Assembly (NCBI GenBank): GCA_036172245.1
Contig: JAYWIR010000044.1
Span: forward strand, 310,001-374,000
Direction: 5' to 3'
Source: Raillietiella orientalis
Taxonomy: Eukaryota
Length of the DNA: 64,000 nt
Shown here piece after piece: positions 48,701-60,559 of the stretch (position 1 is its first letter; every line of letters starts with the position of its first letter). The translations under genes and the position numbers were made by a program. Below the pieces are notes generated by a model that had not been told where the DNA came from, ran no database searches, and saw only the letters and a program-made list of their open reading frames with translations.

Positions 48701-49274
48701 TCGGATTCTTCTCACTGGAGATTTTTCTCCACTGCTGATGCACCGTTTCTTGCTTGAGCCTGTGTCCGCATCTTCCGTTTTCTCTCTAGCAGAGGTGTTT
48801 CGTGACGACACCTTGTTTTCGTAGAAGGCTCAGACTGAGAGATGCCGATCGAAATCCCGAATGGCGGAATGCACGTATGGTCCATGATGCCTCGTTGCTA
48901 CTGGCGTCGACATGCATCTCCTCGAGCATCTGAATCGACGCTTCGATAACTGACCTCGTCCAGAGGAAAGACAGCGCAGCGGTCATGTTTTGTTGGAACC
49001 CGTCTCAAAGACTTAAGCTCGCTGAAGACTCGTTAAGCTACCACTGCGTCCACTAGTGTTTTCCGTATCGAAAAAAAAAAAAAAAACGCAGAGATCTCGA
49101 TTACGAAGAAAGAGACAACAGCAGCTTAAATGAGAACCTAATTTTGGCACCATCGCCGGTGATCCAACGCATAGGTAACTGAAGCCGAGCGTTTCAGGAG
49201 TCCCTTTTTGACTCAAGACTTGGAAAATTTTCAGAACAAAGGATATATATATATGTTGCTTTGTTCTTTTATAC

Positions 49275-49312
<38 letters not shown>

Positions 49313-49631
49313 CGAAAATTGATATTTTACTGATTCGGAACTCAAGGCCGCTGTTTTACTTTGAAAAGCATCAACGTCGGCGTCTCCCCCTCTGGCACTG
49401 ATGCTTTCCAGAGTATATATTCCACGCACCACTTCCACTTTCAACAAATTGGCGCCGCTGCGGGTTCGAAGTCAGAGGAAAAAGTTGAACATGGAATTTC
49501 GCAGTTTCCGCGCCAGAAACTGGGAAGACCGCACGCTTGAGCTTGTGGGCACTTTGGCTTCTCGTCTGAGCCACCTCTGAGGATGAGGTGGGAGATTGTG
49601 GGTTGTGAAGTGCAGTTTTCCTATGGATGAT

Positions 49632-49971
49632 TACCACCTGGTTATGCCGGGGCATTTATTGCAAGAGTAATAAAAGTACATGTCGCGGTGGAGCCGTTGG
49701 TTCGACCGCGCGCCATGAACCTGCCGAGGACCGGCGAGGTCCGCTTCGGCAGCGTGGGGGAAGGGAAAACCAAAACAAAACGGGGGAGGGGGGAAGGATA
49801 GAGGAAAGGATCACGGCACGCTGCCAGGCGTCCTCTGCATCCTGTTCAGGATGCTGGCAAGTTCCTTACGGATAATACGCAGGTGGGGCCATCTCGAGGA
49901 GGTCCTCACGAAGATCCGCGCCCAATGAACGGCACCTCTGTCATTTCGGCCTCTTGTCGCCTTCCAGGCTG
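49632..49971 (-). mobile_element. Short L1/Tx1 3' fragment with 17-bp target-site duplication
   Basis: TSD gttttcctatggatgat (49615-49631) and gttttgctatggatgat (49972-49988); contains the ORF2 end and conserved 3' UTR. Confidence 0.8.
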
Positions 49972-49974
49972 GTT

Positions 49975-50370
49975 TTGCTATGGATGATGGAAATCCTTTG
50001 GGGTTCTGTTTTTGCTGCTTGCTTTTCCGGCTGTTTTTTGGTTCGACAGGTACTCAAAAAACTTTCCGCCTAGGGGGGATCAGAACGCTTTTTAACTCTG
50101 TCCGCGCCACCCGAGGGAGCGTGTTGCCCTTCAAGTTAGGGAGTAGCCCCTGATGGGAACCGGCTCCTTGATTCCCAGAAGGACCCTGGAGCGTCAACTT
50201 TTAATCCCGACCACTCAACAGGGGCGTCCGGTTTCCGGCTTCCGCAGGTGCCGCACCCATCAGGCCAACTCGCCTCATGTTGCGGGGTGGACTCGAAACC
50301 CACGACGATCTTCACCCAGGAGGAATTGGAACCGACTGCGTTGGGAACCAAGCGCGGCCAACGCGGTCCG
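49975..50370 (-). mobile_element. Family A (copy 7, hairpin array deleted)
   Basis: Head ggaccgcgttggccgcgcttgg, box gtgggtttcgagtcc, core ccttctgggaatcaaggag joined directly to the tail taacttgaagg..aggatttccatcat. Confidence 0.75.
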
Positions 50371-50486
50371 TATATTCGTAGGGACGTCGCCCGATGACTA
50401 AGATGAAATGTTGAGTTTACGGATGTTTCGCTAACGCACTGTGTGAAACGCGGAAAAGGGCAATAAGCATTACCGAAGGGGAAGTA

Positions 50487-51854
50487 CACCCATCCCTTCA
50501 TCAACGCGGTACCTTTTACACGCGGTGTCAATTCGAGGGATCTCATTGTACGCGGCCTTTGACAAGGTCAGCCTTATTTCTTGAAAAGGCGTTCATAACC
50601 CAACACACAGTAAGTAACCAACTTTTTTTCGAGCTGCTTATTCTTTCTATTACAATTCTCAACCCACAAATGTGAAACGAAGGCCCAATAACACGGCGGA
50701 GAAGAAAATCCGTGCCTTTGGGTACGGAAACGGAAATTTCGAGTCGATCTGAAGAAGAAGGAAAACCCTCGTCAATTGCCAAGTCGCGTGGAATAGACGG
50801 ATGCACTGTGTGGACCACAAGAAAAAAAAAAGTATGAAGGAAAGTATAGGAAGCAAGCGTGTCATCTCGATCTCCAGCAAGCTCAAGTGCTCTTCTCGTG
50901 CAAGAAACCCTACAATAGAAAATAGGGAGACGGCACCGAGGACCCGGGCTGCAGACAAGACCCGAGGGAAGACACCTATGAGCAGTTACGACAAAAAGCT
51001 GTGAATATTTGCAACGGTTCGAAAAAGAAAGCTTCAGCATCCGATAAAAGGAGGGGGTGTGGTTCTTCTGGCGGTAAAGGCTGGTTCCATACATTTAGAG
51101 AAAGACGTCCATCACGCAACCTTAAATCCGAAGGCGACGCTGCAGAATTTCTACCCCAGATTGCGAAAATAGTCGAAGAAAATGGGTTCGTTCCAGATCG
51201 CTATTTTACACTGCGTTGGGAACACTGCTCGGGCCTGGAGGGATCCAAAACAGCCAACTTCAAATGCTTGCTGGAAGGCAATATGGCCAGAAGTAGCTGT
51301 ACCAGGCGATGCGGGTCCAGAAACAGAAGAAGGAATAAGCAGTGCTGTGAATTCATCAAATGAATTTGGAATAGAAGGCTTCGACAATTCAAATGATGAT
51401 GACAGCAGCGAATTGCCGATTGATTGATTCCCATGACGTCCGGGACCCAGCCTGCCACGGAAGGCGGCAGGGAATACGACGAACCATCTAAAAGCTCCTC
51501 AACCGGTCGCAAAATTAGACGGAAAGCGCTATTTCAGGTATTGATCCGAGCGTTCGGCAGTTTTATTTAGCAAAAGATGCTGAAAAATTCATCCGCAAAG
51601 AGAAAGCCTAATGATGCAGACGGGGGAAAACTGAGTGACGGTTCAGATTCGGACACCGAATGAAAGCTGCTTTGGTCTTCTGGGATGACCGCATCCCTTT
51701 TTTCTGTTTACCTATGCGAAAACAAACATCTTCACGACTCGCTCCGATTTTTTCTCGTCAGCGATTTCTTCCGACTCGGTCTGCGCGGTCCTCGTCCGCG
51801 TAAAAAAAGAATCCGCGTGCAACGGACAATCCGCGTGGATGGGGGGGATGGGTG
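50487..51854 (+). mobile_element. Internally deleted Tigger/pogo DNA transposon
   Basis: TIRs CACCCATCCC..CATC.ACGCGG (left preceded by TA); LRQKA..KGWFHTFRER..NLKSEGDAA..IVEENGFVPD fused to AW..TSNACWKAIWP; DDE core absent. Confidence 0.85.
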
Positions 51855-51936
51855 TGGTTGAAGAGGTGCCTTCTGGCTTCTGTTCACTCCATGGATGGAG
51901 CTTACGTGCGAGCTGCCCTTCATAACAAGGAAGTGC

Positions 51937-52375
51937 GGGCGTAGAGCCCGCACAACGCGGATTCGTACAACGCAGCGGCGGCGAAACGGCCACGGCCCTT
52001 GTACAACGCGGCAGATTGGCTTCGTACGACTGCGTGGGTGAAATTGTGGTACAAGGCGTCAGCTCAGTTGATACAGAGACGATCTCGAGAGGTCAGACTC
52101 CATCTCATCTACACTGCTGTGGATAATACAGTACGAGAAGATTCACTTTTCAGCTACGGAAACGCTCGGGATGAATCAATCTGTAGAGTTTTGGGTTGAT
52201 TAGATTACAAAATTCCAAGATCTCTCTTTTACTTCATGGTAAATAATAAATGGATGATTTCAATTTCCTCATTCTTGTTGCAGAGCGGAAGCGCTACTGT
52301 TACCACGGTTGAGACACACTTTATACCATTCCTAAATACCACCATGTTGACAACAGGGCTCGTATAACGCGGAGC
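51937..52375 (-). mobile_element. Family B (copy 3)
   Basis: caacgcggattcgtacaacgc and ctcgtataacgcgg; reverse-complement similarity to 24080-24491. Confidence 0.6.
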
Positions 52376-52689
52376 GCATCTCCCTAGTTCCAGATCTGCC
52401 TACTGAATTCGCTTTTTCACCTTTGCCGGACTCCATGAATCGTCCATTGAAGAATGATGCGCAAGATGTCCGCAGGAAGTGATTCGAGCCGTTGAAGATT
52501 TCATTGGCGCTGCACACAGTTCCGTGACGGAAGATGGTGGTTTTTGGATTCCGTTGGGACAAGTCGAACTCCGTCGGGTGGTCACGTTACCTGATAAATT
52601 TCTGGTTCCGGTGTGATGCAGATGAAGAACTGGCTAACATGTGAACCTAAATGATGAGCACTGAAGGCGTGTCTGGTTCAGCAGTAGGA

Positions 52690-53850
52690 AATGTTAAAAA
52701 TAGACGTACTGACACCTCCATCAGTTTATCTTACTTGTCAAAGTTCCAATAGTGATCTAGCAGATCCTTCCTTGCAGGGTGCTGTTTCCCTGATTACTCG
52801 AAGACATTTGGTAGAGCAGCATCTCTTATCTTCGTTTGCCGATCGTTCAAGTGACGTGTTCGCAGATCCTTTCGCTAATAAGCTGCCGTTCTGAGTGTGC
52901 ACTTGCAGGAAATATCCGTTTCATTGGGATAATCGGTTTCTCGGAGTGAATGAATGTACACGTGAGGCTGTTTTAATAAGCAGTTTAGTAGTGAAGAACT
53001 GCTCCAGCGTTCTCATCTAGGGAAGGTGTTCCTGATCTTCAGCAGCAGGAAAGAATCTCTTCCGCGTTATGCATTGAACAGAACGACAAACTGCGTGTAA
53101 AGAGAATGGCAATTTTGGCGTCACCACGGTCCAGCGTTTGAGCGAATTTTCCTAGAGGTTTTCCTGTATCAAATTCGGTCGTGTTGGTGGGTGGTAAGGT
53201 GAGGATTTCGCCACTCGAATGCCACCTGCGAGTTCGAGGTCCGTGTGAGATTCTTGACAAGCAGGTTCTCCAGGAAGCCAAGGAGAGAGAGAGAGAAAGG
53301 TGGCAAAGAGGTCGACGTGCAGGCATTTGGATCTTTGGAGATTGCTGCCATGAATTGAGGACACGAGAGTGACTCCAGGAGTCCAGCTTTCTCTGTCTGC
53401 AATTTTCTAAAATGCCGTGCTCAGGCGGCGTTCCTTTTTGATGATGAAGTTCACGTGCGGTTGCCGAAATCAACGGAGGTGTTGCAACGAAGATGGACGC
53501 TACATGCTTTTAAATTTATAAATAATGAACGCTGCAATGTTATGTTTGCGGGCTGGTTGAAGCTGTGGTTTGCTTTCCATTACATTCATTTCTTCTTTCC
53601 AGCCTCCAGAAGATTCTTTCGAACCAGACGAAGGAGACTTCTCTAGGATCTATTCTGTAAGTTGAACAGAAAGCCACTCTTGCAGCGCCTGTTGCTCTAT
53701 TTGACACGCCTAACCCGTTGAAGGAGCCATGAAAGAGTCGGTTTTCGTTTCCAATCCTCTGTTGCTTTTACCGAAGTGGACTGTCCCTTTTTCTCTTCCC
53801 AAAGGAAACGCCTTGCATCTTCTGGCCCCCAAATCCTCAAATTCCGGTAA
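52690..53850 (-). mobile_element. Decayed Penelope-like element (RT plus GIY-YIG relic)
   Basis: SPLR..RIG, HHQKGTP, VLNS..PKIQ, LGFLENLLV (~LxFLDxL), WRNPH, LFTRSLSFCS (~LxxRAxxICS), PCKE..C.ITIG. Confidence 0.6.
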
Positions 53851-55079
53851 TTTTAACAGTTGATCGGCAGGTGGCCAGTTTACTATGATCGTCTTCCTGT
53901 GGCAGATTGAGAAGAAAAGGGAACCTACGGAATGTCCTCTTCACATTCCCTGATCAATCTTGAGCATTCGTATTCATTTCTGCGGTTAGAATTCCTTTGG
54001 AATTGGGTGAGAGATCTTCTTCCAAAAGTGGATCGTTTTTGGATCAGATCGTTATCCCGTTTATAATAAATGAGTCGGTCTCATCACTGCACTCCCTGAC
54101 ATCTCGAGGTGCCATCTCTGGTTTTTCATTGCTTACTTCACTCAGACTCCCAAATTGTAATCTTTTCTCGTTTCTCCATCGATCCTTCTCTCTAAAGTGC
54201 ATATTCGCGGGTTCGCGTCACGTGCCTACTAGTGCATCCATTTGCCACGGTGGACCACTACTGAACATATTTGACAAATGACTCGCAGTGTTAATTTATG
54301 GAGAATTTATGGACAAAACGACGTTAAGAAGTGGCATGAACTGGTCCAGGGGGAAGATTCCACAGTCTTCTTGCCCACTTCTCCTCTTCAGCTTTCACCG
54401 CTGTTTTTAGGAAATTCCGCTGGTGGATGACCGCCTCGGTGTTTCCAGCAGACATCCCAGGCGTACTGTATCTCCGCTCACATCATATCTTTTTCTACTG
54501 TCTTCCGTGAGCCACTGTGGCAAGTTTCAATCCCCTCGAGGCTTCATCATTTCTCGGGTTCCAGCCTTCTGGAGATCCTATCACAATTTTCTCTTACGAT
54601 GGCCGTCACTCCCTGGAGGACGGGGTGGAGTACCCATCGTGGGTATCGTGCTTTGCCACCATAGGTTTGGTTTGGATTGCGAAGTCTAATGTGAGCTTCG
54701 TTCTCCTCACGCTTTCAAGGGCGCTCAGTTTATGGCTGCCCTTTTTTCCCACTGACGAGGAGCAACTCTCGAAAGTTACGCCTCATCCTGCAAGCAGGCA
54801 CTGAAGAGCCACTATCGTAAAGAACTCATTTCCAACCCCAGACGTAGCGGGAGTACTCAGGAGAAGAAACACATAGGACGTAGCGTGCAGCACTCACTGG
54901 AGAAACAGAGAAACAGCACGGAGCTTTTCAAGACGTCTTGGGAATGACGTGGGTGACTTCCGTTCTTCTTTGAAAGCAGCTCATCGTAAGAGCCAGTATG
55001 TCTTCTGCTGCGGTCGGATGCATCCGCGGACTGAAATCAAAGTTTCTGGTGAGTTCAAGATGGACGGATCTCGAGGTCG

Positions 55080-56700
55080 CAAAAGCGTTCGCAAAAGCAT
55101 TGAGGCAGGATCCAGAATCGTCTTGGCAGTGAATCCTATCTTGGCTCTGATCTCTAATGGCGCATCGTGCAGCTTCCTTTCCCTTGTTTCTCTCGCTCAT
55201 TGAACAAGGTGAAGGTGTTGTCAAGCACTGGATCTTTTGTGCGACTGATTATCGGTGACCTTTCAGACGCACGCCGTCCCCGATGACAGCAACGGACAGG
55301 ATGAAGCTCCTGCTGATTCGAAGGTAAATGCCCTTCTGCCTTGAATGGATCACACCGCCTTCGTTTCTAAATTCTGCTCTTGATTTTCTCTCTAAAACAT
55401 TGGGAATCTTTTTTCCCAGCAGGAGGGAAAAAGCACTGACACTCATCTGCACAGGGACGAAACAGAATCGCTGGGTGAGAAAGGCGCGTTTTCTTCCTCT
55501 ACAGAAATCCACGAGGGGCGTCTCATTCCTTCCGAAAACAAAAAACTCGGTAGAAACGGAAACACCACGGAAACGGACGACAGCAAGCGCCCCTCCAGGC
55601 CAAAGACATTCATCCGCTAATTGAACCACCAGTGCTGCCAAGGCCTCTTTGGAAATTCAGAAACGTACCTCGCCATCCGTTTGGCTGATTTTCTTCTCCC
55701 TTGGATGCACGAAATTCTGGGATCGGAACGCGGTTCGCGCATTGAATCTCAAAGTACAGAAACAGCTTCTCGGGAAACGAAGCACTTACCCGGCATCATG
55801 GCGGGCGCGGAAAAAAAGTTCCATTCGTTCATCCGAAGCGATGCGCTGCAAACTCTCTTCGTTTGTATCCCCACGCATCCCAAAGCCCCCGAATCCTCTT
55901 TTCTCCAAAACTCGGAACCATTTCTTTGTGAACGGAAATCACCGGACTCTACGAAGTTCACTGTCGAGCTATGGATGCTAACTGACTGACTGGACATCGG
56001 TGGACACGAAAACAAGGAAGAAGCCTGCCCTCGAACACAACACAAACTTTGCCCCCTTTCTCACTTCATGAATGTTTTCAAGAATGTCGTGATGCTGTAG
56101 GATGAAGGGAAGGATGGAGAACCGATGGATAACTTCCTTTGGCTCCTGATGGCTCATATCAATGCTTCATTGCCCAGCGACGTGAGAAGATGCTTGTTTA
56201 CTCGTGCGTCCTTAGAAAAGAAGATGGTAATCCCCAATGGGCTTTATCGTATAGACGCGGACTTTTACTGCAACCTGAAAAGAAACAAACACTGTGTGCT
56301 CAACGTCAGCCACAACCTGACCAGCAACGAAGTGATACTCATTCACTCTCACTGCTCCCCTATATTTCAACCACTTGGATGATTAAGGTGCTAACTCGTT
56401 AAATTGCTTGCAGCTCCGAAGAATGAATTCGTAAATAAAATTGTTTTCTGATCATGACGTTGGCCAATCTTTCTTACTCGCCGGAAGAGCTTCCTCTTGA
56501 AAGGATCTAAGAGGGTGAAATCATCGCTGTGGGAGAAGCAATGCATCCCTTTCCATAGTAAGCACAGAGGACAAGGCACCAATGTCCTCAATTTCTCGGA
56601 GGAAGACTTGCACATAGCACTGGCACTGCTGAGATTCCCAGCTTTCATAAAGTACCACAGTCAAATCCATCTCCAGATGCAGGTAGCTCCTTGCATTTTT
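55080..56700 (+). mobile_element. Decayed Penelope-like element
   Basis: SFLNSALDFLSK, QCCQGLFGN..LAIRLADF (motif B'), SSFLQ, KFTVELW, NC..VGQS. Confidence 0.45.
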
Positions 56701-57134
56701 TTTTCTGGCTAAGTTTTTTTTTTTTTTTTTTCGGTGGCATTTTGCATAATACGTAGTGAATCTCAATTCTTTTATCCTTTCTCAGCAGACTTGATGACCT
56801 TAGCTTATATTCTGCAAACCAGGATTTTTGAGTTCCCATATGGCATTTAATTTCAGAAGAAAATCTTAGTTTCCGGAACGCCGAAATTCGTTTCAGCTCG
56901 CCTACGAGTCCAGAATCAATGAGCATGAAGCACAAATGAGATACTTTTCTCTGACATCCAAGTTTTGACCAAAACCACGAAGTGGTCCCCGCTTTCGACA
57001 AGAAAGCACAGCCTCTTTCCCATGGACCCTGCACAGAGATCTGTGCTTAAAAACGGTCACTAGGATCTGTGAAAGACATGAGTTTCTTGGAGAACTAGGA
57101 CACAGCAAATGGACCGCAACATTGTGGGAACATC

Positions 57135-58300
57135 TTTATCACCCGGTTACGCTGGGGTAAGAAATACGAACGAACCATCCGGGAACTCGGTTCCCAGACA
57201 AAGACAAAAGAAGGTCAAGGAGAGGCTCCTCGACACGCAAGTCGGGCACTTTGAAAGGAATGGGAGGGAGGGGACCATAAATATATAAAAAAACACACAA
57301 AAAGGACGGGGTGCGTTCAGGAGTGTTTGGTATCAACCGTTGCTTCTGTTCAGAAACAGCGCTGAATGCCGGCCATCTCCTTCCTCACTTCTTCAAGATG
57401 AGACCACCGGCAGCCGTCCTCATGTAGGCGGCTGCAATAGGGGTCACCTCTCTACGCTCTGCTTGCGTGTACAACACGTTTCGGGCCATGATGATGGCGC
57501 AGCACGTCCTGCTTCCAACGAAGGGGGAAGACAGAAGCGTTCAAGCAACAGGGAGGGACCACAAGTTCTTCAGCGGGCACACTCAGCAATTCACTGCACC
57601 CAAGGAGTCCCTTTGCACAAATACGAGGAATGGTGGCGTCTGCTAGAAAACTCGTCTTCCAGCCACCCAAGGGTCTGGTTTCTCCAGCAAGCGTGCAGGA
57701 GACCTTCTAGCCCCCCGGTAGGCAGCTGTCCTCTCATATCCTTAGGGCAGACAGCGCTGCGGCAAGAGGCGTGGCGGCCAGGCGCGTGCACTTGTCCTGG
57801 TCCTGAAACACAGCTTCCACAGGAGAGCTGAGGGGAAGCCGCAGTTCCAGGGGCTCCAAAGTTCCGCATGCGTCACTTCCTGATGCGCAGCCCAGGACGA
57901 TAACGTCTCCTGCCGCCACGCGTTGAAGTTCGTTGGGCGGCATGAGATCCACGGATGCGCTTCCAGGAGCGAGGCCAGTTGCCTCAGCGGGAAGTCGATT
58001 CCCGTTGAAACATGTGGAAGCATGCCGACACACTAAGGAAACATACCACTGAGACTGTTATGTTCGCTTAGTGTTTCAGCGTGCCGAAGTGTGAGCTCCC
58101 TCGGAGGTGAACTTCTGCTTGCCGCATTCCACCTTAGCGTTTGCTGACCACTGAAGCGCAGAGCCATGGTTGCCATTGCGTAACGAGAGCAGTCATCACC
58201 CTTTCCTCCAGTGCTGAAGTAAATCAGGAGGGATGTTGCTGTACCCTTTCTGCTTTGACCCCAACTTGCACCAGGTGAATTAAGCTGATACGAGTCGGCA
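57135..58300 (-). mobile_element. L1/Tx1-clade 3' fragment (diverged)
   Basis: YMRTAA-WSHLEEVRKEMAGI (~FLRTAARWSHLGHMRTELAGI); terminal ccccagcgtaaccgggtgataaa. Confidence 0.7.
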
Positions 58301-58329
58301 TCTGCACCTGAGCTGTTGCCGTTGGTTTC

Positions 58330-60300
58330 TTCCAGCCACGTGGAATTGTTCAGAGATGAGAGAGCGTGCTGCTCCGATAGAAGACTTCCAAAAAGTGGGA
58401 AGGGAGCAGCAATTTCATCTTGACTTCAAACTGGACATCTCCGAGGACATCAGCAGACAAGAAGTAACTACTACTCGCGGGGTTGGATTCTGAACCGAAA
58501 TCAAGGTCTCGAAAGATCTCACAAAGTGTACACAGGTGCATATTAACCTGTAAGTTTATACATAGATTCATGTATATTATGAAAATTTTAAAAATAAACC
58601 TATATGGTTGTTGTGTATATTAATATGTATGTTCATACGTAAATTGATTAATATGTACTATTGGGGAAAAATGTATATACGCTTATCATAAATATGGATA
58701 TAATTACTAATGTGCTTATTTCATATACTTATACATGGATTAATAAATGGATGAATACATGTCAAAAATATTATAAAAAAAGAATGTAAATGTATATCAA
58801 TATTAATATATATATATCATCATTATATATATATTAATATTAAGACTGACGTAAAAATTAACATATGTAAGTTTGCATTAATGTACACAATGAGCATTTG
58901 TGTCCATTTTTTGTAATTCTCACTACATATATTAATACATGCTGTTAATTATTTTAATAAATATGTATGCTGAAATCAGTTTGTATATTAATCTGTATGT
59001 TGATCTATATGCAAATTTATATTTCGCTATGCATTTTTATACATATGATAGACATATGTACAGTATATTTCACTCTATAAATATATATATTAGCATATGA
59101 CAAACATATTTTAAATTATATTACTAATATGCATGTTAATGAATATTAATAAAAGCTCAGGTTTGCATATTATTCTCCATATAAATATGCATAATAATAT
59201 ACTCCTTTTTTGTAATCTTTTTAGTGCATAAGAATATAGCTTTATGCCTTAATACATCTACTAAGCATATGTATCTACTTTCAAGATCATTCGGGATTTG
59301 AGTGGGGCACCGCCTGCTTGCATTCCTTCAAAGCTGTGGGCATTCGTACCAATGATGGCCATGGTGGGACCGTCAGTCCCTGCAATCATCTTGTAAAGCC
59401 TCGAGCATTTCCTTGTGTAATGTTTAGCTGATGGTTCTCTCGAAATTGAGGATGCGTAACGAAGGCGACCTTGGACAACTACCCAACAGCCATATTCCAG
59501 TCCGAAAACTGTGGTTCGTCCATCCAGAAAAATTCCAGGTGAGGATCCTTCCGAAGGAGGAGCACTCATCTTTCCGGCTGCCGTGGCAACGGTTCTCGAA
59601 GCTTTTTCCGAGTCACTGAATGTCGCCTCCTTCCTTATCGGATTCCTGCCCATGAGAGAAATCAGTGTCTTCACATATCTCCATCGCTGTTATTGCGATT
59701 ATCATGGCTCACCATGCTCATCGGCACTTCTACAACCCTAATTTATGCCTTGATCAAATCTCCATAATCTCTAGGACGAACAGCCCGTGATCTGGAACAC
59801 GGATATCTCTGCGTCAAGTCAAGAGCACATAGCCATTGAGGCTTTGACATAAGTTTGCGTGAACTGATGGGTCAGCAAATATTTCGACACTCTCGAAGGT
59901 GACCGTTTTCAAGACATTCGGGGCAAACTAACTACCTTCAGGCAGTGTGGACGTAATACAGCAAGAAATATTCTGAGGCAGCAGACCAGGGAAGGAGGAA
60001 GAGCGGAGATCGGAGAGCCTCTTACTGACGATGCCCGCCATCTCAAAGGGCTCCCAGCTAGAATTAAGATGCAGAGATGAATTGCGATTCCGACTCGAGG
60101 AGAAGAAGTTGTGAGCGCCGAGGCTGAAAAATATCTTGCTTTCAGTTCAACTGTTCTTTTTCGTGTGAAGCAACTGTCAGAAAACGAGGCCCTAAAACCA
60201 TCCCCTTTTATCATCCAGCATTTCTTCCCTGGACACAAAACTATTTTCTTCATTCTTCGATTGTACATTCGTTTTCTCGAGACTACTCACTCGGGAGTAA
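58330..60300 (-). mobile_element. Decayed Penelope-like element containing an AT-rich zone
   Basis: PLRWRASSVRGSP (~PLRPIxSxxGSP), LCALDLTQRYP (motif A), SLMGRNPI (motif B'), QKRSILL..RIICKPE inside the AT zone, VV-Y..C.C (GIY-YIG-like, ~58440-58475). Confidence 0.6.
58545..59280. repeat. Very AT-rich low-complexity zone
   Basis: Abrupt shift to TA/CA/TG-rich sequence with sharp borders. Confidence 0.8.
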
Positions 60301-60559
60301 TTCGACACTAAATCAATATTAATTCTACTTCATTCGTTCAGCATTTTTTAAGCCAAGTTTGAAACACGAGCCAGAACGACAAAAACACTCCATGCGGATG
60401 AGCTCTAAATGTAATGTAATTTCACTTTATAAAATTAAGGTAGATTTATAATGAGCAGATAAATTAGGAAGCTATGCAAAATACTCCTAAGCAATTCACA
60501 GCAGCTTCATGAGAGACTTGGTTAGCTTAAACAAAAGTTAGCTTGCAAATCTGCAATAG

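Noticed and set aside
59431..59619. TERT-like motif (VRILPK..FR) on the plus strand
   Set aside because: Isolated match; the opposite strand carries ordered PLE RT motifs.
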